Positions 15,350-23,892 of a stretch of DNA of 46,417 nt are shown here, piece by piece. The DNA is from an uncultured Gammaproteobacteria bacterium. Lineage in GTDB: Bacteria > Patescibacteriota > Microgenomatia > Daviesbacterales > UBA10151. Within the stretch, counting starts at the first letter, position 1. Each line of letters begins with the position of its first letter. The notes under the pieces were generated by a model, which was not told the DNA's origin, searched no databases, and saw only the letters and a list, made by a program, of their open reading frames with translations. The DNA lies in assembly GCA_964504985.1 (NCBI GenBank), contig CAZDFU010000005.1, forward strand, positions 1-46,417, in the 5' to 3' direction. Position numbers and translations under genes: made by a program.

Positions 15350-17530
15350 ATGACTAAGAATTTGTCAGTCTTTTTTCCTTGTTTTAATGAAGAAGGCAGT
15401 ATAGAAATAACTGTAAACAGGGCAGCTAAAGTTTTAGGGGAGTTAAAAATAAATTACGAGATAATCATAGTAAATGATGGTTCCTCAGATAAAACAGCCA
15501 AGGCAGCAGATAAATTAATTAAACAAAATTCCAAAGTCAGGGTTATTCACCACAAAAAAAATTTAGGGTATGGTGAAGCATTAAAGTCAGGGTTTTATAA
15601 CTCCCGCTATGATGTAATTGTGTATGCGGATGGTGACGGACAATTTGATTTTTCAGAGATTACCAAATTTTTGGAAAAAATAGAGGAAGATGATTTAATA
15701 ATTGGTTACCGTATCAAAAGGAAAGACCCTTTTTTTAGAATATTATTTAAGCAAGGCTGGAAAATATCTCTTTGGATAATGTTTGGATTAACCCTTAAAG
15801 ATGTAGACTGCGGATTTAAAATGGTCAGGAAAAAAGTTTTGGAAAATATCCCTCACCTGCAGTCTCAAAGAGGCGCGATGATTAATGCAGAGCTTGCTAT
15901 AAAAGCAAAAAAATTTGGATTTAAAACAGGAGAGGTGGGTGTTAATCATTATCCCAGGTTGTCTGGTAAGCCAACAGGAGCAAATATAAAAGTAATCCTG
16001 GCTTCCTACCTGGATCTTTTAAAACTTTGGTGGAGATTAAAAGACAGTAAGATTCTATTCTTAAGTTTAGCAGCTATAATTTTAATGGCTTTTTTCCTGA
16101 GGACTTATAGATTATCAGAATACATGACTTTTTTGGGGGATGAAGGCCGTGATGCGATTATTATAAAAAAATTCTTAACAGAAGGTAATATGCCCTTTAT
16201 TGGTCCGCCCACATCTGTTGGGAATGTTTACCTTGGTCCCCTTTACTACTACATGATAACTATCCCCATGGCTATTTTTTGGTTGAATCCTGTAGCAGCT
16301 GCAGGGATGAATACTTTGATTGGAGTGGCAACAATAACCCTGATTTATTATTTAGGCAAAATCTGGTTTGGCAGGGTACCTGCTTTAATTGCAGCTTTTC
16401 TGTATACTATCTCGCCTGTTACAATTATTTATTCACGTTCATCCTGGAATCCAAATCCAACACCTTTTTTTTCTTTGATTGGAATATGGGCTTGTTATAA
16501 AGCATACCAGAGTAAAAACTTCCTCTGGTATGCTTTGGTAGGATTATCAGCATCTGCTGCATTACAAATGCATTATTTAGCTTTGCTTTTAATTCCAACA
16601 TTTATTCTAATCTGGTTTTATCAATTAAGGAGCAATCAAAATAAAAATGTGAAATTGGGGAGTGCAGGGGGTATTGTTACTTTTTTTGTGATGATGTTTC
16701 CTTTAATACTGTTTGAGTTTAAACATAATTTCTTAAACCTTAATGCCTTAAAAGATCTTTTGTTTGGAAGCAGTGCTGTTGGCTTTAACTTTTTGGAAGT
16801 ATTAGCAAGACTTCCTGATATTTATTTCAATAAAATGATTGGACGCTATTTTAACGGTGAAGTTTGGGTATTTAGTGTAATTTTAGGGTTATTAATACTT
16901 ATTCCGGTTATTAAGCTCATAAGAGATAAACTTGCTCAAAGAAGAATTGATTGGCCTCTATTTTCAATTACAGTCTGGCTGCTAATTGGTATTGTAGGGC
17001 TGTCATTTTATCAGGGAAGCATTTATGATCATTACTTTGGATTTATGAATCCGGCACCGTATTTACTTTTAGCAGCTTCATTTAATTTAATTTCCTCCCT
17101 TTTGGGTAAAAAATCTTTTAGAGTTATAAGTTGGATAGCAGTTGGTTTATTGTTAATTATTTTGACTTTTGTAAATTTTCAAAAAAACCCTTTGCAAAAC
17201 CCGCCAAATAATTTATTAAAAAGAACTCAGGATATAGCAAAATTCATTATTGATAAGACAGAGAATAAACCTTTTAATTTTGCATTACTGGCTGAGAATA
17301 ATTATGATGATGCTTACAAATTCTATCTTGATTTATACAACCATAAGCCGGAAGAGTTGCCGTTTAATAAAACTGATCAGTTGTTTGTGGTTTGTGAAGA
17401 CCAAGATTGTGATCCAATTTACAGCTCAAAACATGAGATTGCAGCATTTGGATGGGTGATAGTAGAGAAAAAGTGGAATGTTGAAGGCTTGAGGGTATTT
17501 AAATTGGTGCATAATCCCAAACAGCAATGA
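15350..17530 (+). CDS. Bifunctional GT2 (polyprenol-P-sugar synthase-like) plus GT-C glycosyltransferase fusion
   Basis: N-terminal FPCFNEE, NDGS, DGDGQF, DVDCGFK; C-terminal polytopic domain with FLGDEGRDA, YLGPLYYY, SWNPN, QMH. Confidence 0.85.
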   Translation: MTKNLSVFFPCFNEEGSIEITVNRAAKVLGELKINYEIIIVNDGSSDKTAKAADKLIKQNSKVRVIHHKKNLGYGEALKSGFYNSRYDVIVYADGDGQFDFSEITKFLEKIEEDDLIIGYRIKRKDPFFRILFKQGWKISLWIMFGLTLKDVDCGFKMVRKKVLENIPHLQSQRGAMINAELAIKAKKFGFKTGEVGVNHYPRLSGKPTGANIKVILASYLDLLKLWWRLKDSKILFLSLAAIILMAFFLRTYRLSEYMTFLGDEGRDAIIIKKFLTEGNMPFIGPPTSVGNVYLGPLYYYMITIPMAIFWLNPVAAAGMNTLIGVATITLIYYLGKIWFGRVPALIAAFLYTISPVTIIYSRSSWNPNPTPFFSLIGIWACYKAYQSKNFLWYALVGLSASAALQMHYLALLLIPTFILIWFYQLRSNQNKNVKLGSAGGIVTFFVMMFPLILFEFKHNFLNLNALKDLLFGSSAVGFNFLEVLARLPDIYFNKMIGRYFNGEVWVFSVILGLLILIPVIKLIRDKLAQRRIDWPLFSITVWLLIGIVGLSFYQGSIYDHYFGFMNPAPYLLLAASFNLISSLLGKKSFRVISWIAVGLLLIILTFVNFQKNPLQNPPNNLLKRTQDIAKFIIDKTENKPFNFALLAENNYDDAYKFYLDLYNHKPEELPFNKTDQLFVVCEDQDCDPIYSSKHEIAAFGWVIVEKKWNVEGLRVFKLVHNPKQQ

Positions 17531-18264
17531 AGAAATTATCTGTAGTTATACCGGCATATAATGAGGCTAGGAATTTAAAAAAAGGAGTCCTGCAGGAGGT
17601 AAGTAATTTCTTAAAGACTACGGGGTTAAACTATGAAGTGATAATTGTGGATGATGGATCAATAGATGATACAAAACAGATAATTGAAAACTTCATTATA
17701 AAAAACCCTTTATTTAAATTAATTAAAGTATCCCATGGCGGAAAAGCTAATGCTGTTATGACAGGATTATTAAAAGCACAGGGTGAAATAATTCTTTTTA
17801 CTGATATGGATCAGGCAACCCCAATAAATCAGCTGGAAAAATTTATCCCGCTTTTTGAGGATGGTTTTGATATTGTCATTGGTTCAAGAGCTGGAAGAAA
17901 AGGCGCGCCCATAATTAGAAAATTATCTGCCTGGGGATTTTCAGTTTTAAGAGGTATTATTTTAGGGCTTCCTTTTGCAGATACTCAATGTGGTTTTAAG
18001 GCTTTTACTAAAAAGGTTGTTGAAAGGATCATTCCTAAAATAAAGAATGAGTGGGGAGTAGTTCATTTTAAAGGCGGGGCAGTTAATGCAGGGTTTGATG
18101 TGGAACTACTTTATCTAGCTAAAAAATATGGTTTTAAAATAGCAGAGGTTTCTGTTGAGTGGAGTTATGTTGACACTGAAAGAGTACAGGTTGTTAAAGA
18201 TGCAGCAGCTGCCATCTATGATATGTTTAGAATCAGAATAAATGATTTAAAAAGAAAGTATTAG
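17527..18264 (+). CDS. GT2 dolichyl/polyprenol-phosphate glycosyltransferase (Alg5/DPM-like)
   Basis: VVIPAYNEA, DDGS, HGGKANAV, FTDMDQATP, IGSR, DTQCGFK, FDVELL. Confidence 0.88.
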   Translation: MKKLSVVIPAYNEARNLKKGVLQEVSNFLKTTGLNYEVIIVDDGSIDDTKQIIENFIIKNPLFKLIKVSHGGKANAVMTGLLKAQGEIILFTDMDQATPINQLEKFIPLFEDGFDIVIGSRAGRKGAPIIRKLSAWGFSVLRGIILGLPFADTQCGFKAFTKKVVERIIPKIKNEWGVVHFKGGAVNAGFDVELLYLAKKYGFKIAEVSVEWSYVDTERVQVVKDAAAAIYDMFRIRINDLKRKY

Positions 18265-18282
18265 TATGCTAGAATTATGGAT

Positions 18283-18816
18283 ATGAGTGATAGTCAGGAT
18301 AATTGTACCAAGTGCGGTTCTGTTTTGTCTGAGATAATAGAAACGCCAACAGGAAAGAAGTTACAGCGGTGTTCTCAGGGATCTTGGAATAAAGAGACCA
18401 GGCAAACTGAAGGCTGCGACTATGTTAAATGGCTTATGGTAGAACCTGTAACTTTAGATGAAAAATGTCCAAAGTGTGATAATGTTTTAGTTTTACAAAT
18501 TACCAGGTTTGGCAAAAAGATGAAAAAATGCTCAACAGGGGGTTGGGATAAGGAAGCCAAAAAAGCTACAGGTTGTGATTATGTTGAATGGATTTCCGGA
18601 ACTAAGGAACCTTTGGATATAGATTGTCCGCAGTGCAGTGAAAAATTAGTTCTTTTTACCACATCTTCCGGTAAAAAGATGGAAAAATGTTCTACCTCTG
18701 GTTGGGATGCAACATTGAGACAGGCAACAGGGTGTACTTATATCAGGTGGCTTAAGCCAGGTGAAGTTCCAGCTTCTTCAAATGCCGGAGAAGAATTTCT
18801 TCCCCCAGAAAGTTAA
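18283..18816 (+). CDS. Stand-alone protein with three C4 zinc-ribbon repeats (topoisomerase I C-terminal type)
   Basis: Three approx. 50-aa repeats CxxC...GKK...CS...W...GCxYxxW. ATG 18283 is preferred because TGcTAGAAT (18267-18275) lies 7 nt upstream of it. Confidence 0.8.
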   Translation: MSDSQDNCTKCGSVLSEIIETPTGKKLQRCSQGSWNKETRQTEGCDYVKWLMVEPVTLDEKCPKCDNVLVLQITRFGKKMKKCSTGGWDKEAKKATGCDYVEWISGTKEPLDIDCPQCSEKLVLFTTSSGKKMEKCSTSGWDATLRQATGCTYIRWLKPGEVPASSNAGEEFLPPES

Positions 18817-18838
18817 TTTTTTGGTAAGTATTCACCTT

Positions 18839-18930
18839 TTCCCAGTACTTTGTCATTCCGAGCCTGACGAGGAATCTCAAGATTAATCTAGAGATCCTTC
18901 ACTACGTTCAGGATGACAGTTTACTGGGAA
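18839..18930. repeat. Intergenic long palindromic (REP/RPE-like) stem-loop
   Basis: ttcccagta (18839-18847) / tactgggaa (18922-18930); tgtcattc / ggatgaca; inner ggaatctc / gagatcc; central palindrome agattaatct. Confidence 0.75.
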
Positions 18931-18956
18931 ACTCTAAATAGATACATTTTTTGGGC

Positions 18957-18986
18957 TTGCCCCGCTGAGTTAACCTAAAGTACAAT
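18957..18986 (+). promoter_or_regulatory. Promoter for the long glycosylation operon (leaderless first gene)
   Basis: TTGCCC (18957-18962), 18 bp, TACAAT (18981-18986), 6 nt, GTG 18993. Confidence 0.55.
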
Positions 18987-18992
18987 AAGATA

Positions 18993-20498
18993 GTGAGCTT
19001 TATCCGTCAACATAAACTGGAATTAATTGTTCTTCTTGGTTTGATAATAGCCTATTTTTTATTAAGGCTTCCTAATTTAACACTGCAGCCAATTTTTGCT
19101 GATGAGGCTATATATATCCGGTGGGCTCAGGTGATGAAGTCTGAACCTACTCTTAGGTTTTTGCCTCAAACAGACGGGAAAACCCCGCTTTTTATGTGGG
19201 TGATGATTCCTCTTTTTAAAGTCTTCTCCGATCCTCTTTTAGCAGGAAGGTTTTTGTCTGTAGCTTCAGGTTTTTTCACTCTGCTTGGGGTATTTTTCCT
19301 GGCAAGGAAAGTTTTTAATTCAAAAGCAGCTTTATGGGCGGTACTTATTTATGTTGTTACTCCGTATACTGTTTTTTTTGACAGGATGGCTTTAGTTGAC
19401 TCAATGTTATCTGCCTTTACTATATGGATAATCTATTTTGCCAATTGGGCTGCCCGGTCTGTTAGGTTGGATATTGGTATGTTTTTAGGTTATCTTTTAG
19501 GGGGAGCGTTACTTATTAAGACTCCCGCGATGATAAATTTTTTACTGATTCCCTTCTCTATACTCAGTTTTAAAAGAGATAAGAATAAAAAACATTTTCT
19601 ATTAAGATTATTTTTAGTTTGGGCGGTAGCGATTAGTATTGGATTTGCTATGTATAACCTCCTAAGGCTTGGACCGCAATTTCAAATGCTTTCAAGCAGG
19701 AATCAAGATTATGTGTTTTCACCGGTTGAACTTATAGGCAGACCGCTTGATCCTTTTATACCTCATTTAAAAGACATGGCAGACTGGTTTCCTAAGCTTT
19801 TCACACCAACTGTTTTAGCAGCAGTTGCATTAGGGGTTTACTTTAGCTTTAGAAACTTAAGAGGGCAAGCTTTAACGGTTTTCCTTTGGGCGGTAATCCC
19901 AATGCTTGTTTCCATGACGTTTTTGAGAACTTTTACTGCCAGATATTTACTTACCTCCGTTGCACCACTATTAATCTTTGCAGGGTTTGGGGTATATAAG
20001 CTGTCACAAATTATTAAGGTGGGAAATATATCGCAAATATTAAAAAATTCAGTAATCCTTTTTATCCTGGTGCTTCCTGCCCTATATTTTAATTATCAGT
20101 TGTTAACTTCCCCTCCTCCTAACTTTTTACCAAAAGCGGAAAGAATAGGATATTTTGAGGATTGGACAGCGGGGTATGGCCTTTCAGAGATAGCGGATTA
20201 TTTAAAGGAAGAAGGGAAGAAAGGTAAAGTTATTGTAGCAACTGAAGGGTCTTTTGGGACTTTGCCTGATGGTTTGTATATCTATTTAGATAAAGCTGGT
20301 ATTGCAGTTGTGGGAGGCAGCGCCACAATATCTGCTGAGATTAGAAGTGCTGCAAAGGAGAATGTAGCCTATTTTGTTGGCAATAAAAAAGGACAGCGCA
20401 GCTTGCATAATGTGGAATTAATTAAACAATTCCCAAAAGTGAAACCTCTTAATGGATCAGAAGCAGATGCCACTGTTTTATATAAAGTTTTACCATAA
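18993..20498 (+). CDS. GT-C fold (ArnT/PMT-like) glycosyltransferase
   Basis: IFADEAIY, DGKTPLFMW, GRFLSV, RMALVDS, ARY; polytopic with a soluble C-terminal tail. Confidence 0.78.
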   Translation: MSFIRQHKLELIVLLGLIIAYFLLRLPNLTLQPIFADEAIYIRWAQVMKSEPTLRFLPQTDGKTPLFMWVMIPLFKVFSDPLLAGRFLSVASGFFTLLGVFFLARKVFNSKAALWAVLIYVVTPYTVFFDRMALVDSMLSAFTIWIIYFANWAARSVRLDIGMFLGYLLGGALLIKTPAMINFLLIPFSILSFKRDKNKKHFLLRLFLVWAVAISIGFAMYNLLRLGPQFQMLSSRNQDYVFSPVELIGRPLDPFIPHLKDMADWFPKLFTPTVLAAVALGVYFSFRNLRGQALTVFLWAVIPMLVSMTFLRTFTARYLLTSVAPLLIFAGFGVYKLSQIIKVGNISQILKNSVILFILVLPALYFNYQLLTSPPPNFLPKAERIGYFEDWTAGYGLSEIADYLKEEGKKGKVIVATEGSFGTLPDGLYIYLDKAGIAVVGGSATISAEIRSAAKENVAYFVGNKKGQRSLHNVELIKQFPKVKPLNGSEADATVLYKVLP

Positions 20499-20504
20499 TT
20501 CAAA

Positions 20505-22244
20505 ATGCTTAAATTTTTTACAACCAGATCCCAAAGATTTTGGATTATAACCTGTTTAATATTTGTTATCCCAACCTTTTATCAAATAATAAGGCCCGGC
20601 TTTTTCTTTATGCAGGATGATCTGCAAGCCTTTAGAGTCCATCAAATGTTTACCTGTTTTAAGGATTTTCAGATTCCCTGCAGATGGGTACCTGATATGG
20701 GCTATCAATATGGTTATCCTCAGTTTCTTTTTTACCCTCCCAGCGTTTATTATGCGGGCGCTTTGATTCACGTTTTTGGTATAGCTATTATTGATTCTGT
20801 AAAAATCTTATTCATTCTTGGTTTAATTCTGACCACTGTTTTTATGTTCATTTTTTTAAGGGCTTTTTTTGAGGGAGAAACAAATGAGAAAGGTTTCACC
20901 AAAGTTATGCTCCCCTCGTTTGTAGGGGCAATGCTTTATACTTATGCTCCGTATAAAGCATTGGAAGTTTATGTTAGAGGTGCTTTAAGTGAATTTTGGA
21001 GTTTGGTATTTTTCCCTCTAATTTTTTGGGCAATTTATCAGTTAATTACCAAACAAAGACTGAAGTATTTGATTTTTCTTTCTCTTTCTACCGGCGGCCT
21101 AATGTTAACACATAATTTAATGACGCTAATATTTGCGCCACTTGCTATTTTTTGGGCTCTTTTGCTGATTTTTTTAAAAAGGGCTAAAAGGGTAGTCCCC
21201 ATGATAATAATTTCAGGGTTACTTGGAATAGGGCTTGCCTCATTTTTCACTCTGCCCGTTATTTTTGAAGGGAAATATGTTCATCTTGAAAGCCTGCAAG
21301 GAGGATACTTTGATTACAGAAGACATTTTGTTTCACTTTACAGATTATTTATATCAAATCATTGGGGGTATGGTTCATCAGGGATTGACCAGGATAATGA
21401 TTTAACAGTTTCAACAGGTCAAATGCAATCAATAGTTGGATTGATTGGTTTTGTGTTGGCTATCCTTTTTTTAAAGAAGCAAAAAAACTTAGCTATAATT
21501 GCCATTATATTTACGGTTATTGAGCTGGGTATACTATTTTTAATTCATCAAAAGTCTTCTTTTATTTGGGAAAAAATCCCTATCCTCTGGTGGCTTCAAT
21601 TTCCCTGGAGATTTCTAACAGATAGCATTTTTCTTCTGTCTTTTTTGGGGGCTGTAGCTGTTTATTTTATGGGTTTTGCCAATAAAAAAATTGGAATAAC
21701 ATTTTCCTTAATAATTTTAGTTTCAATTTTTGCGCTTCATAGCCAATTTTTTAAACCCCGGGACTGGCAGGAAATTTCAGATGCAGATAAATTTTCAGGC
21801 AGGTTATGGGAGAAACAGTTAACTATAAGTATTTTTGATTATTTGCCTATTTTTGCTAAACTTCCTCCAAATCATAAAGCTCCTGATCTTCCTGAGATTT
21901 TGGAGGGGGAGGCAGATTTTACAAGCTATAAAAAGGGGAGTAATTATCAAATAGGAGAGGTTGAGGTAAAAAAGGAATCTGCCATCAGATTACCCTTATT
22001 TGATTTCCCCGGGATGAAGGTAAAGGTAAATGATAGTATTATTCCTCACAGAAACAATGATTGCAGAGGTGAAGAGTATTGTTTTGGTCTTATAACCTTT
22101 AAACTTTCTCCGGGCCAGTATAAATTTATTGCGCAGTTAGAAGATACCCCTATTAGAACAATAGGTAATATAATTAGTTTAACTTCTATGTTGATTCTTT
22201 TTGGGTTATTGCTTAAGCAAAGGAATGACAAAAGTATTAAATAA
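20505..22244 (+). CDS. GT-C membrane protein, PTPS-related/YfhO-like family, tandem copy 1
   Basis: QDDLQ, CRWVPDMGYQYGYP, YVRGALSE, THN, QFPWRFL, DYLP, YfhO-like beta-rich C-terminal domain and final TM. Confidence 0.75.
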   Translation: MLKFFTTRSQRFWIITCLIFVIPTFYQIIRPGFFFMQDDLQAFRVHQMFTCFKDFQIPCRWVPDMGYQYGYPQFLFYPPSVYYAGALIHVFGIAIIDSVKILFILGLILTTVFMFIFLRAFFEGETNEKGFTKVMLPSFVGAMLYTYAPYKALEVYVRGALSEFWSLVFFPLIFWAIYQLITKQRLKYLIFLSLSTGGLMLTHNLMTLIFAPLAIFWALLLIFLKRAKRVVPMIIISGLLGIGLASFFTLPVIFEGKYVHLESLQGGYFDYRRHFVSLYRLFISNHWGYGSSGIDQDNDLTVSTGQMQSIVGLIGFVLAILFLKKQKNLAIIAIIFTVIELGILFLIHQKSSFIWEKIPILWWLQFPWRFLTDSIFLLSFLGAVAVYFMGFANKKIGITFSLIILVSIFALHSQFFKPRDWQEISDADKFSGRLWEKQLTISIFDYLPIFAKLPPNHKAPDLPEILEGEADFTSYKKGSNYQIGEVEVKKESAIRLPLFDFPGMKVKVNDSIIPHRNNDCRGEEYCFGLITFKLSPGQYKFIAQLEDTPIRTIGNIISLTSMLILFGLLLKQRNDKSIK

Positions 22245-23892
22245 GTATAAATTTTCCCCTTGGATACTTCTTTTTGGGCTAATTATTTGGCCTCTTTTTT
22301 TGCCGGGGTATTTTTCTCATCATGATGATTTACAAGTGATGAGGGTTGTTGAAATGAGGAAATGCCTTCTGGATCTGCAAATTCCCTGCAGATGGGTGCC
22401 TGATATGGGCTATGGCAACGGATACCCTTTATTTAATTACTACAGTGTATTTCCTTATTATATAGGGGCATTAATTAGCTTTGTGATAGGCTATATTGCA
22501 GCTGCTAAGGTGCTTTTTGCCCTGCCCTTAATTTTGGGGGCTTTTTCTATGTATATTTTAGCCAAAGAGATGTTTGGCAAAAGTACAGCCTTCTTAGCAG
22601 CAGCGCTTTTTTCCTTTGCCCCCTACAGGGCTTTGGATGTATATGTGAGGGGAGCAGTTGCAGAGAGTTTTGCCATGGCGGTTATTCCTTTAGCATTTTA
22701 TTTTTCCCTAAAATTAACACAGCAAAAAAATATTAAATACTTAATAGGTTTATCCCTATCTTTAGCAGTCTTTCTGCTCAGTCATAATATAATGACTCTA
22801 ATATTTTTCCCGCTTCTTTTAATATTTATTTGTTTTTTATCGGTAAAAGAGAAAGGGAAAAATATTCCGTTAATTATTTTAGGTGTAATTTTGGGGGTAG
22901 GCCTTTCTGCTTTCTTTATTTTTCCAGCATATTTAGAGAAGAACTTAGTTCAAATAGATAACCTGATTAGGCTGGATTTAAATTTTAGAGCTCACTTTGT
23001 AAACTTAAATCAACTCTTTTTTAACCGCTTTTGGGGTTATGGAGCTTCATCTCCTGGTACAAACGATACCATATCTTTTCAGGTTGGTTGGCCGCACTGG
23101 TGGATAGCGGGAGCATCTTTTATTCTAGCAATATTTAACATAGTCCGTAAAAGGAGATTTCTGGATTTTCTGGCTTTAGGATTAACTTTTATTTTCACCT
23201 TTTCTATTTTTATGACGCATGTTAAATCTGCTTTTATTTGGGAGCAGATAGAAATCTTAAAGTTTACCCAGTTCCCCTGGCGCTTTTTAGCATTAACGGT
23301 TTTTTCAGGTAGTTTATTGGGGGCATATTTTATATATTGCTTTGAAGAAAGGTATAAAAAAAATATCACTTCTGCCTTAATAATCTTAATAATCCTTCTT
23401 AATTGGGGTTATTTCAGACCGGAGAAATTTTATTTCGGCATGAATGATCAACAAAAGTTATCAGGTGCGCTTTGGGAAGAGCAACAAAAAGCTGCGATTT
23501 TGGACTATTTGCCTCAGACTGCTATTGAACCAAAAGAGGCAGCTTCGAATATAGTACAGGTTGTATCTGGAAAAGCTGCCATAGAGAATTTTGAAAATAG
23601 GTCAAACAGATGGCAATTTAGGGCAAAAGTGGAAAGCACTAATACCACAATTGAAGTACCTGTATTTGATTTTCCAAAATGGGAAGTTCGGGTAAATAAC
23701 AAAAAAGTAAATCACTCAAATAAAAATTACCTTGGGAGAATAAATATCAACCTTGAAAAAGAAGGGGAATATATTGTATCAGGTAAATTTAAAGACACAA
23801 TAATCCGGCGGGTTTCAAATCTTATCTCGCTATTTTCCCTGTTATTTCTGTTTTGGATTGCTTATGGAAAACTTAAAAAACATTTTAGTTAA
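22225..23892 (+). CDS. GT-C membrane protein, PTPS-related/YfhO-like family, tandem copy 2
   Basis: HDDLQ, CRWVPDMGYGNGYPLF, YVRGAVAE, SHN, QFPWRFL, DYLP. Likely start ATG 22225. Confidence 0.75.
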   Translation: MTKVLNKYKFSPWILLFGLIIWPLFLPGYFSHHDDLQVMRVVEMRKCLLDLQIPCRWVPDMGYGNGYPLFNYYSVFPYYIGALISFVIGYIAAAKVLFALPLILGAFSMYILAKEMFGKSTAFLAAALFSFAPYRALDVYVRGAVAESFAMAVIPLAFYFSLKLTQQKNIKYLIGLSLSLAVFLLSHNIMTLIFFPLLLIFICFLSVKEKGKNIPLIILGVILGVGLSAFFIFPAYLEKNLVQIDNLIRLDLNFRAHFVNLNQLFFNRFWGYGASSPGTNDTISFQVGWPHWWIAGASFILAIFNIVRKRRFLDFLALGLTFIFTFSIFMTHVKSAFIWEQIEILKFTQFPWRFLALTVFSGSLLGAYFIYCFEERYKKNITSALIILIILLNWGYFRPEKFYFGMNDQQKLSGALWEEQQKAAILDYLPQTAIEPKEAASNIVQVVSGKAAIENFENRSNRWQFRAKVESTNTTIEVPVFDFPKWEVRVNNKKVNHSNKNYLGRININLEKEGEYIVSGKFKDTIIRRVSNLISLFSLLFLFWIAYGKLKKHFS

